DNA of 64,000 bases, taken from an uncultured Verrucomicrobiae bacterium. GTDB taxonomy: Bacteria > Verrucomicrobiota > Verrucomicrobiia > Chthoniobacterales > JAFAMB01. The notes beneath the pieces were generated by a model. The model was not told the DNA's origin and searched no databases. It saw only the letters and a list, made by a program, of their open reading frames with translations. Shown here piece after piece: positions 1-10,090 of the stretch (within the stretch, counting starts at the first letter, position 1; each line of letters starts with the position of its first letter). Location: the NCBI GenBank assembly GCA_963813025.1, contig CAWEXO010000011.1:736001-800000 (forward strand), written 5' to 3'. The translations under genes and the position numbers were made by a program.

Positions 1-182
1 AACCTCATTTCTCTGGAAGGTTCAGGCATTCAGTGGCGAGAACGCAGCGCAACCTCCAAAAGAGCTGTCCCAATCCCACGTCGCTGAACGCCGGGCAGCA
101 CATACAGCTGATCTATCCAATCTTTTCGATAGGCGACAATGCCGAGCAACATCGCGTCTTCAAACGCACCCCAGACTGCTGC
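1..182 (-). pseudogene. GNAT N-acetyltransferase fragment
   Basis: Manual minus-strand translation gives AVWGAFEDAMLLGIVAYRKDWIDQLYVLPGVQRRGIGTALL (QxxGxG acetyl-CoA motif), then a stop and an out-of-frame TFQRN. No N-terminus is visible. Confidence 0.65.
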
Positions 183-267
183 GTAGCCGGCCGGGTAAAA
201 CCGTTAGTTTCGAAAACGAAAACTTTTCTGGACTCTCTTCGAACGATTCTTCTAGACTCGTTCGAGC

Positions 268-849
268 ATGGTCGCCCTAACCCCCCCACTGAACCAAGTC
301 CCTTTTAAAAAATGGAAACCGCGACTGGCGCTGATTCTGTTGATGGCGGCGTTCTCGAGCTGTTCAACTGTGACTGTACGAACCGACCATGACCCGAGAG
401 CGGATTTTTCCAGGTACCGCACTTACGCCTTCGGTCCTCTTTCGCGGAACGCTTTGGCGATCAGTCCTGGTGTGCGAGCCCAAATCGAGACTTCGATTGA
501 CCAGGGTCTAGCTGCCCGAGGCCTTCGCCGAGCCGCGCGCCCGGACTTCTTCGTGGCTTATCATGTAACGACCCGGGAACAGATCTCTGTCCAGACGTTC
601 CATGACTGGGGTCGTTGGGGCGTGGGTGGACCTCGGTGGAATTATTATGCGCTTTGGCGTGGATCTCCGACGATGACGAGCTATGTCCACCGGTCTACCA
701 TCGGGACTCTCGTGGTGGATTTTGTCGATGCCAGAACCGATCGATCTTTCTGGCGCGGAATTACCACCGGCACGGTTCGAGGTGCGCAAACGAACCGGCG
801 AAATGTCGCGGACGCGATTAGTCGGATGTTACAAAACTTTCCACCTTAG
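268..849 (+). CDS. DUF4136-like lipoprotein
   Basis: Signal-like N-terminus with Cys; DHDPRADFSRYRTYAF and GTLVVDFVDARTDRSFWRG motifs. Confidence 0.8.
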   Translation: MVALTPPLNQVPFKKWKPRLALILLMAAFSSCSTVTVRTDHDPRADFSRYRTYAFGPLSRNALAISPGVRAQIETSIDQGLAARGLRRAARPDFFVAYHVTTREQISVQTFHDWGRWGVGGPRWNYYALWRGSPTMTSYVHRSTIGTLVVDFVDARTDRSFWRGITTGTVRGAQTNRRNVADAISRMLQNFPP

Positions 850-935
850 CCTGCATCGCTCGCAAATCTTAGAGATTTGCGAGCGATACAAGCTCTTGCA
901 GCAGATTCTCCGGCTGGGCCGGAGAGTTCTGCTGC
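849..935. repeat. Composite two-hairpin REP-like element, family A, copy 1
   Basis: ATCGCTCGCAAATC-N5-GATTTGCGAGCGAT plus GCAGCAGATTCTCCGGC...GCCGGAGAGTTCTGCTGC; related copies at 17095, 42743 and 58302. Confidence 0.8.
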
Positions 936-1041
936 TTTGTTTGAGAGAAGAGTTTAGCGTCAAAAAGGATTGTTCAGTTACCAAACTCTCGTGCATCAAT
1001 CGGGTCAGGACGCGCAACATTTTGGCACTGACACCGACTAC

Positions 1042-1338
1042 CTACGGCTCCTTTTTGGTTTTTGCTCTCATCCTCGCAATGATTCTCCAGGCGAAGATTA
1101 CCAGAAGCGAGCCAAGGAAAGCGGCGATCAGATCTTCGAAGGTGACCTTCAGCTCCCCGAGCCCGAGGTTAATTCTAAAGAGCCGGAACAGCTCGCCGCC
1201 AATAACGGCGCCGATCATGCCGATCACAAAGTTCGTCCAGCGGCCCAGACCCTCCTTTTTAAAAGTTACAGCCCGACCCGCGAGCGTGCCGGCAAAACCG
1301 CCGACAACTATCCAGACAATGAGTTGCCCAATGTTCAT
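1042..1338 (-). CDS. GlsB/YeaQ/YmgE (transglycosylase-associated) small membrane protein
   Basis: MNIGQLIVWIVVGGFAGTLAG...GMIGAVIGG pattern with three hydrophobic segments. Confidence 0.8.
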   Translation of the reverse strand: MNIGQLIVWIVVGGFAGTLAGRAVTFKKEGLGRWTNFVIGMIGAVIGGELFRLFRINLGLGELKVTFEDLIAAFLGSLLVIFAWRIIARMRAKTKKEP

Positions 1339-1394
1339 GGTTTGGCGATGACGCGACCAAAGAGCATACACATTCGCCTATCCGAAAACATCAT

Positions 1395-3038
1395 TCAATT
1401 TCCGGCCAGCATTGCCAGGGCGAGTAAGACCGCAACCACGATAAGCGAGAGACTGGCGACTGGCCATTGTCGCAAAAGATTGTCCAAATGCTCCATGGCC
1501 GCTCCGCAGCTCGATGTGGCGCGGGCCGCACTTCTTCCCGCGACCACGATATCTCCCTCTGGTATCCGCGGGAGGCGATCCCTCCATCGCCCGAGTCCGA
1601 CGAACAGCACGAAGCCGCCAAGAATCGGCCACAACGCGCTCCAAAGAACCGCTGGAACGAAGATATCGGAGGGGGCGCCCAGGCCCGCGGCCGGATACAA
1701 AGCCCAGGGAACCGCGATGGCAGCGACCGCGATCATCAGCCAGGGGATAGCGAACCTGACCGGCGCCGCTTGCTGGGGATCCTTTGACGCGCTCCGCATA
1801 AGCTGGCGTAAGAAGTGAAACATGAGAAGCGACGACCCGACCGCCGACAGGCCGGCGAGGGTGCCCACCAAACCTTCGCCCAGAGTGCTCTTCACCGCTA
1901 ACTTGGCATGAGCACCGCCGGTCAGAGGCAGCCCGCCGAGACTAAGCGCAAGCGCCGCCGCCAGCGACAGCACTAACCACCAACGGCGGCTTCCGGTGAG
2001 GCTGACCACGCCGACTGCGAGGAATAAACCGCCTTTCACCAGAACATGATGCGCCGCGTAGTAGGCTGTCTGCAGCGCAGCTCCTCCATCGCCGGCCATT
2101 TGACCCATGCCGAGCACCGTGGCGATGAACCCCATCTGGCTCACGCTCGAATAGGCGAGCACCGCCTTGGGATTGGATTGGGTAATGCCGACGATGACTC
2201 CGTAAAAGCCAGTGAACAGTCCGACGGAAACCAACGTGCCGCCCCAGCGCGACAGTGCCACTCCCAGCGGTAAAAACCGGATCAGCCCGATGACTCCGGC
2301 CTTTACGCCGGCCCCGCTCAGCACAGCTGCGGCCGGGACAGGCGCCGCGGCGTAGGTCAATGGCATCCAGAAATGGATCGGAACAAGGGCGATTTTCATT
2401 GCAAACCCAGCAATCACCAGAGCAAGCGCGGCGGTTCGCCACGGAGAGCCCGGCAGCGCTGCCATGACATCGCTGATCAACAGGCTGCCATGCGCCGAGG
2501 TGGCCGCGAGCAGCACAAAACCCATGAGGAGCAAGGTCTCGCTTAACAACGCAAAAGCTGTATAGAGCGCACCGGCCCGCTGGGCGTTCGGTGTGCCTTC
2601 GTGGATAACGAGGCCGTACGCGGGGAGACTGGCCAAGGCGAAGAAAAAGAAAAAACCAGCCAGGTCAGCCGCCACGAAGACGCCGAGACTGCCTGTCAGC
2701 GTCAGCAACCAGCAGACCGTGAAACGGCTCCTGTTCGGCGTGTCCCTCAGAAACGCCGAGGCGTAAGCGCCGGCAACGATCCAGAGGAGCGCTGCTACCC
2801 CCAACAACATCGCACCCGGTCCGTCTAGCGCGAGCGTCATGAGGTAGAACCTAGGGTCCGGGATAAATGGGGGCGCATTGACCGCGAATAACGAGGCAGC
2901 GACCGCCGGCATCGGGGCAAAAGCCACTAGCGCCGGCATGCGATTCCGGAGATCCCGAAAGAGGCAAGCAAGCAGCATGGCGGCCGGCGTGGCGAGCGAG
3001 GCGACAAGCAATAGCGCGCTGAATGGTAAGTTTTTCAT
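1395..3038 (-). CDS. Mrp antiporter MrpD-like proton-conducting subunit (copy 2)
   Basis: KIALVPIHFWMP and LAYSSVSQMG motifs; ATG at 3038 overlaps the upstream stop (ATGA). Confidence 0.85.
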   Translation of the reverse strand: MKNLPFSALLLVASLATPAAMLLACLFRDLRNRMPALVAFAPMPAVAASLFAVNAPPFIPDPRFYLMTLALDGPGAMLLGVAALLWIVAGAYASAFLRDTPNRSRFTVCWLLTLTGSLGVFVAADLAGFFFFFALASLPAYGLVIHEGTPNAQRAGALYTAFALLSETLLLMGFVLLAATSAHGSLLISDVMAALPGSPWRTAALALVIAGFAMKIALVPIHFWMPLTYAAAPVPAAAVLSGAGVKAGVIGLIRFLPLGVALSRWGGTLVSVGLFTGFYGVIVGITQSNPKAVLAYSSVSQMGFIATVLGMGQMAGDGGAALQTAYYAAHHVLVKGGLFLAVGVVSLTGSRRWWLVLSLAAALALSLGGLPLTGGAHAKLAVKSTLGEGLVGTLAGLSAVGSSLLMFHFLRQLMRSASKDPQQAAPVRFAIPWLMIAVAAIAVPWALYPAAGLGAPSDIFVPAVLWSALWPILGGFVLFVGLGRWRDRLPRIPEGDIVVAGRSAARATSSCGAAMEHLDNLLRQWPVASLSLIVVAVLLALAMLAGN

Positions 3039-4567
3039 GGCAAAGCGACCCCGGATGCAGGTGGGCGACCAATCTTTAGCAGTGCGATCGGTTTCTGGGG
3101 GAGCAGTCCGACAAGCAGCGAACAGAGAGCAAGGGCCACGACCACCAACTCGTGCCGCCGGGAAACTTCCGCGCACAGGACCAGTGGTTCTTCGGGTTCG
3201 GCGAGTGCCGGCGCAAGGACCCGGAACATATATCCACCGGCGAGCAATCCTCCGAAAAGGATTACCGGTGCCCACCACCATTGGCCCGTGATGACCGTAG
3301 CGGTTAGCAACAGCCACTTTGTCACGAAACCTCCGCTCGGTGGCACTCCGACGAGCGAGAGCGCTCCAATCCCAAAACCGAAGACGGTCACAGGTAGAAC
3401 CCGTCCAACGCCGCGGAGACCGGCGATACGATCATGGCCGAGTGCACTGGCGATCAGCCCCGAGGCCATGAACATGGAGGCCTTGGCAAACGCGTGCGAG
3501 ATGGCCTGGAACATGCCCCCGGAAAGAGCGGCATCCAGTCCGGCCTGCGTCCGGCCGGGACCGGCGGCGAGCGGGAACATGAGAAACAGGTACCCGATCT
3601 GTGCCACCGTCGAATAAGCGATCAGGAGCTTTAGCCGTGCCTGCCGGAGCGCGAGCACACTGCCGACCAGGATAGCGGCTGAACCAAGAACGCCAAGAAT
3701 TTGCGCCGCACCCTCGAGTGGCAACCGCGGCATGACGTCAAACCAGAGGCGGACGATGAGAAAAAACGACGCTTTGACCACTAAAGCAGAGAGCAGAGCG
3801 CTGGCGGCTGGTGGGGCGCCGGCATGCGCTGGCGGTAACCAAAGATGGAGTGGAAAGAGCGCGGTTTTCACGATTAGTCCCGCGGTCATCAGCGCGGCTT
3901 CAAGCCAAACAAGAGACCCGGGACGGATCTGTTCAGAGAGAACGACGATATCGAGCGTACCGTACTCACCATAAAGCAGCGCGGTGCCGAGCAGGTAAAG
4001 CACGGACCCGAGAAGCGCAAAGAACAAGTAGCGCAGTGCGGTGATCAGTGTTCCCGGACTGCCTTCTAGATAGACCAGCGGTACTGCGGCGAAGGTGACC
4101 AGCTCTAGCGCCACGTAAAGATTAAAAAGATCGCCGCCTAGAAAGATACTGTTCATCGCGGCCCAAACCGCAAGCAGCAGGGCCCAAAAGATCAACGAGG
4201 TGCGGGTCTCGGGCCTCCCGGGCGGGACCTGGAATTTTGCAGGCGCGTACAAACCCGCGGCGCAAATCACGATAGCGGTTGTGGCGAGCATGGCGGCGGA
4301 AAGGCCATCAGCGCGCAGCGCCACTCCAAGTGGCGGAGTCCACCTGCCCAGGAAATAGGTCAGGGTATTACCGGTCCGCCAGACGACCATTGCGATTGCT
4401 ATGGCGATCCCCAGTCCAGCCGGCAGCAGGAGCAGCGCGATACCCCGGGCGTACCGCCCGCCGGTCACGAAAGCGAGCAACAAACCCGCGACAGGCAGCA
4501 CGATGGCGAGCACGAGAAGGAAGCCACCTGCTGAGGACACGCCAGAAAAAGACTCGGAGAGCTGCAT
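3035..4567 (-). CDS. mrpD: Mrp antiporter subunit D
   Basis: DLFNLYVALE, KTALFPLHLWLPPAHA, LIAYSTVAQIGY and GVPPSGGFVTKW motifs. Confidence 0.85.
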   Translation of the reverse strand: MQLSESFSGVSSAGGFLLVLAIVLPVAGLLLAFVTGGRYARGIALLLLPAGLGIAIAIAMVVWRTGNTLTYFLGRWTPPLGVALRADGLSAAMLATTAIVICAAGLYAPAKFQVPPGRPETRTSLIFWALLLAVWAAMNSIFLGGDLFNLYVALELVTFAAVPLVYLEGSPGTLITALRYLFFALLGSVLYLLGTALLYGEYGTLDIVVLSEQIRPGSLVWLEAALMTAGLIVKTALFPLHLWLPPAHAGAPPAASALLSALVVKASFFLIVRLWFDVMPRLPLEGAAQILGVLGSAAILVGSVLALRQARLKLLIAYSTVAQIGYLFLMFPLAAGPGRTQAGLDAALSGGMFQAISHAFAKASMFMASGLIASALGHDRIAGLRGVGRVLPVTVFGFGIGALSLVGVPPSGGFVTKWLLLTATVITGQWWWAPVILFGGLLAGGYMFRVLAPALAEPEEPLVLCAEVSRRHELVVVALALCSLLVGLLPQKPIALLKIGRPPASGVALP

Positions 4568-4907
4568 CAAGGCTCGGCTTGCTCCTGGTCGGGTTTCTTC
4601 GGCGAGTCAGCCCGCAAAGACGCGCGGCCGGTCTGCTGAAAAGCCCGAGCAGCAGGGCGACTGCTAGAGCGGTAGCGGCGAAGGCCACGACAATACCGGT
4701 GATAACCATTGCCTGTGGCACGGGATCGCCGCCCAGTCCTACTGCCGTTCCCCGGCGAGCGATGACTCCGAAAATCAGGAAGACTCCGCTCCCGAGGAAG
4801 TTAAAGGAAACAATCTTGCGGAGCGGCTGCGGCTGAACAATAAGCCCGAAAAGGCCGAGACCTACCAGAATTGCGCCAGATAGTCCAAACACGATGGGTG
4901 CGCTCAT
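4567..4907 (-). CDS. mrpC: Mrp antiporter subunit C (apparent frameshift near the 3' end)
   Basis: DPVPQAMVITGIVVAFA motif; an alternative frame ends in TGA overlapping the mrpD ATG (TGATG). Confidence 0.8.
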
Positions 4908-5851
4908 GGCTCGGGTGGCCGCTCCGGAGGGCCGGCTACTAACAGGCCGAGGGTTACCGCGATGGAGACCGTCAGGGCTGCTTCGATGGTGAGGATGAGC
5001 GGCTTGGCATGGGCTGGTGGATAGGCCAGGAAGCCGGACGCGAGCGCGAAGCCGGCTAACCCTGCCGCGAGAAATACCACGGTTCCGATCACCAAAAGCA
5101 GCCGCAACCAGCGGCGTGTGACTGGTGGCGGGTCAGTCAGCCCGGCGATCTTGGCCAGAATCCACATTGCTGCGACAACGGTGCCGCCTTGGAAAGCGCC
5201 TCCCGGAGCATCGGCTCCTACCCAGAAAAGATAGGTGCCAACCATAAGGCCCGCCGGGGCCAGAATTTGAGCAAGGAACTTCAATATACCATCAGGCTCC
5301 GGCACGTGGAGTCGCCCGGGCCGGCCGCCCCAGAAATCATCGGGAGCGAGAGCCCAGACGCCAATGAGGGCTAACAACAGAACGACCGTCTCCAGAAAGG
5401 TGTCGAACGCGCGAAACGCGAGCAGCACTCCGGTAACTGGATTGCCTAGACCGGTTACCGGCAGGTTGGCTAGTGCAGCCGGCGCGAGCGTGGGCGCGGG
5501 TTCCGGCAAAAGCAGGACGATAGCGGCCAGAGCAAGAGAGACACAGACGCACAGGACGGCTGCCCCCACGTGGGTAGTCAGGCCCGCTCGCTCTTCGTCG
5601 CTCTGCGCTTCGGTCCCACGCAATCGCGCGGAGGCGGCCAGCAACAGCGCGCCCGTCACCCCGCTGCCGATGGCGGCTTCGGTCAAAGCGACATCTACCG
5701 ACGAAAGCGACACCCAGGCGAGCGCCAGCAGCAAACCATAAACGACGAAACCGACGACCGATGCAAAGGTTTCGCGCACCAACGTGGCCCAGGCAGCAAC
5801 CGCGAGAATCAGCAGAGCCAGGCCGCCCTCGAGCACCAGGACGATGTTCAC
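4904..5851 (-). CDS. mrpB: MrpB-type subunit (DUF4040 + MnhB domains)
   Basis: DVALTEAAIG, NPVTGVLLAFRAFDTFLE and PGGAFQGG motifs; GTG start overlaps the mrpG stop. Confidence 0.8.
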   Translation of the reverse strand: MNIVLVLEGGLALLILAVAAWATLVRETFASVVGFVVYGLLLALAWVSLSSVDVALTEAAIGSGVTGALLLAASARLRGTEAQSDEERAGLTTHVGAAVLCVCVSLALAAIVLLLPEPAPTLAPAALANLPVTGLGNPVTGVLLAFRAFDTFLETVVLLLALIGVWALAPDDFWGGRPGRLHVPEPDGILKFLAQILAPAGLMVGTYLFWVGADAPGGAFQGGTVVAAMWILAKIAGLTDPPPVTRRWLRLLLVIGTVVFLAAGLAGFALASGFLAYPPAHAKPLILTIEAALTVSIAVTLGLLVAGPPERPPEP

Positions 5852-6144
5852 TTGTCCGGATCTCCTCCCTGGCGCGCGGCGCGTGCGATGAGTTGGCCGA
5901 CGCTTGCCGCGGACAGCAGCACGAGCAGCCAAACGGCGATCAGCTTCAATCCTTCAAAGAGCGACTCTGTCCGCGGCAGCAGCCCGAGCACCACGAGACC
6001 AAGGCCGAGATTGTCGGCTTTTGTCAACGCATGCAGGCGAGAGAGCGTGTCGGGAAAACGGAGCAGGCCAACAGTGCCTGCCAGGAAAAAGATGAACCCG
6101 GCTGAAACCATCACAATTGTGAAAACGTTAAGCACTAAGGTCAT
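5848..6144 (-). CDS. mrpG: Mrp antiporter subunit G
   Basis: GLLRFPDTLSRLHALTKADNLG motif. Confidence 0.9.
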   Translation of the reverse strand: MTLVLNVFTIVMVSAGFIFFLAGTVGLLRFPDTLSRLHALTKADNLGLGLVVLGLLPRTESLFEGLKLIAVWLLVLLSAASVGQLIARAARQGGDPDK

Positions 6145-6424
6145 CCGGTTTCGAGGTGGTAGACTGGTTTGGTGGCGGCGGAATGTTCTTGATAAAGGTA
6201 ATCGATGCGAAGGCGGTCAGCAGGGCCAGCGTAAGCGCGACGTCGGCAGCAGCCTTCAGCCCGGAGGCCGAGGTTAACAACAGCAAGATAGCTATCCCGC
6301 CGGTGCCGAAAAGTTGCGTCGCCATCAGGCGGTCTACGTGACTCGGGCCGCGCAAGATGCGGAACAGGCCGAGCGCTACGACTACCAGCACGCCGCCAGC
6401 GGCGACGAACAAGAAATCAGACAT
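6128..6424 (-). CDS. mrpF: Mrp antiporter subunit F
   Basis: RILRGPSHVDRLMA motif, three TM segments. Confidence 0.85.
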   Translation of the reverse strand: MSDFLFVAAGGVLVVVALGLFRILRGPSHVDRLMATQLFGTGGIAILLLLTSASGLKAAADVALTLALLTAFASITFIKNIPPPPNQSTTSKPDDLSA

Positions 6425-6929
6425 GGGTGTTTTTGGTTCCCAACGCTCGGATCAGCCTCGCCTCGTCCTCCGCCATGTGGTCCAACAAAGGCTGACTCGT
6501 ATCGAGGCAGTGCATGACGAGTCTTCCCTGCCCGTCCAGTCCAGCGGGCACTGAGCCCGGCATCAGGCTTGTCATGGCGCAGAAAACACTTCGAGCCGGA
6601 GACGGAGCAAGGCGGCAGGAGAAGGTCATGAAGCCCGGTTTGAGAGGCAATCGAGGATCGAAAACACGCTTGGCTACATCCATCCCGGCGATCAGCGAGT
6701 TCCACAGAAAACGCAGCCCCATCAGAGTAAGCAAAAAAAAACGCACGCGTCCCGGTTCCGGCGGCATGAGACGAAAGCTCGTCCATGTCGCGGCCGCGGC
6801 AGTGGCCAGCCCGATGAGCAGTCCGCTCGGTTCGGTACCGCAGAGCACCAGCCAAAGGCCAAAGAAGCCGGCAGATCGGGTAATCCCAGCGCGGATAGAA
6901 CCTGAAGGATCATTGCTCGGGATGCTCAT
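6417..6929 (-). CDS. mrpE: Mrp antiporter subunit E
   Basis: PLKPGF...SLMPGS...LVMHCLD motif. Confidence 0.85.
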   Translation of the reverse strand: MSIPSNDPSGSIRAGITRSAGFFGLWLVLCGTEPSGLLIGLATAAAATWTSFRLMPPEPGRVRFFLLTLMGLRFLWNSLIAGMDVAKRVFDPRLPLKPGFMTFSCRLAPSPARSVFCAMTSLMPGSVPAGLDGQGRLVMHCLDTSQPLLDHMAEDEARLIRALGTKNTHV

Positions 6930-7011
6930 AAGCCTTTGGCGTCGGTCCTCGCCTTACAGCGTCTGTAGCAACGCGGGATGGCACCAGCAAGTTGAGATGT
7001 ACCCCAAACCA

Positions 7012-7863
7012 TCATAGCGAAACCACTTGCACAGAGACCTCCATATGATCAAAAGCGTCCGACGCGCCGGACCAAGTGCCGGAGAGTGGGGAAGCCTTCT
7101 CATGATCGCGAGCGACCGCTACCGAAACGTGTTCGGAACTGGCGAGCTTGTTATTCGTGGGATCAAATCCGCGCCAGCCTGCGCCTGGTATGTAAATCTC
7201 CGTCCAGGCGTGGGTTGCGCCGTGCTGACCTTCGCCCAGGATGATGTAGCCGGTTACAAATCGCGCGCCAAAGCCCCAGTGCCGCGCGGCCTCCATCATG
7301 AGCACGGCATAGTCGCGGCAGGACCCGGTGCCTAAAGCGAGCGTCGCGCAGGGCAGCTGTACGCCGGCTTCCTCGCGGCGAGCATATTTAAAGGATTCGT
7401 AAATACGCGTGTTCAATCTGTCGAGTAGCACATGGGTCTCGACGATCTGGCCGGGGCGGTAGAGGTCCAACAGCCATTCTTGCAGCGCCGGCCCGTCGTA
7501 GGGGTAACTCGGGAGGCGGTATTGGATGAGTTCCACCTGTTCGTTTGGTGCGTATTGGAACGGATAGGAGCGGGCGCTGGGTTCGATGACGCAATCGATT
7601 GGTTCATCATTGTACAAATCCACATTGACTTCACTCCGCAGGCTCAGTTTCTGCCCCGGCTCCGTGAATTTGATGATAGTGATTGAATTTCCGTAAACAT
7701 CACGCAACCAGCGCACGCTGGCCTTTGGATAAACGTCAAGAGATCCACTCGAGATGTGGAGATCATGCCCTTCTCGCGGCCGCAGGAGCGCATGGTGGGG
7801 ACCGAAGGTAACGGGCTTGTGGTAATAATAGTCGCTGTCGTGTGTAATGCGGATTCTTTGCAT
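7012..7863 (-). CDS. Transglutaminase-like protein
   Basis: GSCRDYA, ARFVTGY and THAWTEIYIPGAGWRGFDPTN (Cys-His-Asp triad). Confidence 0.9.
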   Translation of the reverse strand: MQRIRITHDSDYYYHKPVTFGPHHALLRPREGHDLHISSGSLDVYPKASVRWLRDVYGNSITIIKFTEPGQKLSLRSEVNVDLYNDEPIDCVIEPSARSYPFQYAPNEQVELIQYRLPSYPYDGPALQEWLLDLYRPGQIVETHVLLDRLNTRIYESFKYARREEAGVQLPCATLALGTGSCRDYAVLMMEAARHWGFGARFVTGYIILGEGQHGATHAWTEIYIPGAGWRGFDPTNNKLASSEHVSVAVARDHEKASPLSGTWSGASDAFDHMEVSVQVVSL

Positions 7864-7887
7864 AGGGAGAGGATTAATGACAATCAG

Positions 7888-8871
7888 TTAAAAAGCGGCA
7901 GGCTGCGAAGCGAAGAGATTCAGTCCCAGCTGTTGGGAAAGGAACTCGGCTGTGAGCCGGCCTTTGACGCTATTTCCGAAGTTGTCGAGCGGAGGGGCAA
8001 AAGCGCCCAGTCCACCCTTACCCGGAGAGCTGGCCACCGTTCCGCCACTGACCCCGCTTTTGCCGGGTAAGCCTGTATCGTAAAGCCAGTCGCCGGAGCT
8101 TTCGTAGAGCCCGGCGGTTACCATAACGGCAAGGACGTGCTGGCAATGGATGGCATCGATGATCCGCTCTTTGGTCTGCGGGTGCACGCCTCCATTGGCC
8201 AAGGTGGCGGCCATGACCGCGATATCCTTGGCTGTCACATTCAGCGAGCATTGCCTGGTATAAATGTCGGTCGCCTGGAGAGGATCGAAATAGATCCGGC
8301 CATAGGTTTCGAGCAGTTTGGCGGTTGCCTCGTTTCGCTGGTTGGCAGATGCCTCGGATTGATACACTTCCTCGTTGAGAGCGAGATCTCTCCCGGCAAA
8401 GCGGGACAATCCCTCCTGAATAAACTGCCACTTGGCATCGGCATTCGCTCCTAGTGCGAGACTCGCAGCCGCGATCGCGCCGGCGTTCACCATTGGGTTT
8501 GTCCTCCCTTCGCCCGCCCGCTCGATCGCTTTCATCGAATTAAAGGGCAGCCCGGTGCTGTTTACGCCGAGCTTCTCGCGCGCCTGCTCTTCGCCAAGCA
8601 ATTGACAAATCAAAGCGAACACAAACGGCTTCGATACGCTCTGGATCGTGAACTCGACGTCCGTGTCCCCCGCGGCGTAGACGGTGCCTGAAGTTCCGAC
8701 CACACATACTCCGAATAGGTCGCCCGGGACCTTGGCGAGTGCCGGTATGTAATCGGCGTTCTTCCCTTCTTTGACAGATTTGAAACGCTGATGCGCCTCC
8801 GCCACCAACTCGCTGACCCGCTGGGCAGAGGACAAATGACCGGTCGAAACCGACAATGAATCGGTCAGCAT
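7888..8871 (-). CDS. glsA: Glutaminase A
   Basis: ADYIPALA, FTIQSVSKPF, NPMVNAGAI and PGKSGVSGG motifs. Confidence 0.95.
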   Translation of the reverse strand: MLTDSLSVSTGHLSSAQRVSELVAEAHQRFKSVKEGKNADYIPALAKVPGDLFGVCVVGTSGTVYAAGDTDVEFTIQSVSKPFVFALICQLLGEEQAREKLGVNSTGLPFNSMKAIERAGEGRTNPMVNAGAIAAASLALGANADAKWQFIQEGLSRFAGRDLALNEEVYQSEASANQRNEATAKLLETYGRIYFDPLQATDIYTRQCSLNVTAKDIAVMAATLANGGVHPQTKERIIDAIHCQHVLAVMVTAGLYESSGDWLYDTGLPGKSGVSGGTVASSPGKGGLGAFAPPLDNFGNSVKGRLTAEFLSQQLGLNLFASQPAAF

Positions 8872-8930
8872 GACAAGGAACCTTAACCTACCGGTTTCAG
8901 GAGTCGAGCGGCGAGTAGCTGCGGGTTGGA

Positions 8931-8966
8931 GTGCCGGTGCCAGTGCTAGTGCTAGTGCTAGTGCTA
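8931..8966. repeat. GTGC(C/T)A hexamer tandem array, left part
   Basis: gtgccg gtgcca gtgcta x4; resumes as gtgtca gtgcca gtgcta at 10093-10110 after the IS. Confidence 0.85.
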
Positions 8967-10090
8967 GTACTTAGTTGCTTTAGTTCTTTATATTTATGAA
9001 AAATTATGATTTGTTGGATGGATGGCAACGGGTTGCATCAAACTTTCTGTGGAAAACCGCAAGCTCTTGGAGGGTTGGAGTCGAGCGCAACGGGTCGAAC
9101 ACCGGCTCAAGGTCAGGAGTCAGATTATCTTGAAGGCGGCAGCGGGCTTGAGTGGACGTGCGATTGCCAAGAGCCTGCGCATTCCCGAGGTGACGGTGAG
9201 TAAATGGCGGCGGCGCTTTGTGCGCCAAGGCCTGGCTGGCTTGGAAGACGCGCCACGCAGTGGAAAGCCGGCCAAGTATGATCAAATGACGGTCAAGCGG
9301 GTCTTGGCGCTGCTGGATGAAGATCCACCGGCGGGCTACGGGCGCTGGAATGGGCGACTGCTGGCGCAGAGTCTGGCCGATGTTTCCTCCGATCAAGTCT
9401 GGCGCATTTTGCGCCAACAAGGCATTGAATTGGAACGGCGCCGCAGCTGGTGCATTTCCACCGATCCGGAGTTTGTGCGCAAGGCCGCTGACATTGTCGG
9501 TCTTTATCTCAATCCGCCCCAGAATGCGCTCATCTTGGCCATTGATGAAAAACCAGCCATTCAAGCCCTGGAAAGAGCCCAAGGTTGGATTCGCTTGCCC
9601 AATGGCAGGGCGCTGACGGGTTTTAGCCACGAGTACAAGCGCCATGGCACCTCCACTCTCTTTGCCGCCCTCAACATTGCCAGCGGCCAAGTGCAGGCTG
9701 GTCATTACCGGCGCCAGCGCCGACGGGAATTCCTGGAGTTTATGAACCAGGTAGTTGCCGGAAATCTCGACAAAGAAATTCATGTGGTCTTAGACAACCT
9801 TGCGACCCATAAGCCAAAGCAAGATCGCTGGTTGAAGGCTCACCCCAATGTGCATTTTCATTTCACTCCAACCCACGCTTCTTGGCTCAACCAGATTGAG
9901 ATCTGGTTTAGTATCTTGAGCCGCCAAGCCCTCCAGGGGGCAAACTTCACCAGCGTGGCAGAGCTGCGCAACGCCATCGACACCTTCATCAAGAACTACA
10001 ATAACAATGCGGCTCCCTTCGAATGGACCAAATCCCAGGTACATCAGGGGAAAGTCGCCATACATATAACTAACTTACGCAATTAGGCAC
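8967..10090 (+). mobile_element. IS630-family insertion sequence
   Basis: Flanked by TA (8965-8966, 10091-10092). Imperfect terminal inverted repeats TAGTACTTAGTTGCTTTAGTT / AACTTACGCAATTAGGCACTA match at 16 of 21 positions by eye, counting the TA. Confidence 0.9.
9022..10086 (+). CDS. IS630-family DDE transposase
   Basis: N-terminal HTH; AIDEK, YKRHGT, VVLDNLATHK and HFTPTHASWLNQIEIWF motifs; uninterrupted ORF. Confidence 0.95.
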   Translation: MATGCIKLSVENRKLLEGWSRAQRVEHRLKVRSQIILKAAAGLSGRAIAKSLRIPEVTVSKWRRRFVRQGLAGLEDAPRSGKPAKYDQMTVKRVLALLDEDPPAGYGRWNGRLLAQSLADVSSDQVWRILRQQGIELERRRSWCISTDPEFVRKAADIVGLYLNPPQNALILAIDEKPAIQALERAQGWIRLPNGRALTGFSHEYKRHGTSTLFAALNIASGQVQAGHYRRQRRREFLEFMNQVVAGNLDKEIHVVLDNLATHKPKQDRWLKAHPNVHFHFTPTHASWLNQIEIWFSILSRQALQGANFTSVAELRNAIDTFIKNYNNNAAPFEWTKSQVHQGKVAIHITNLRN

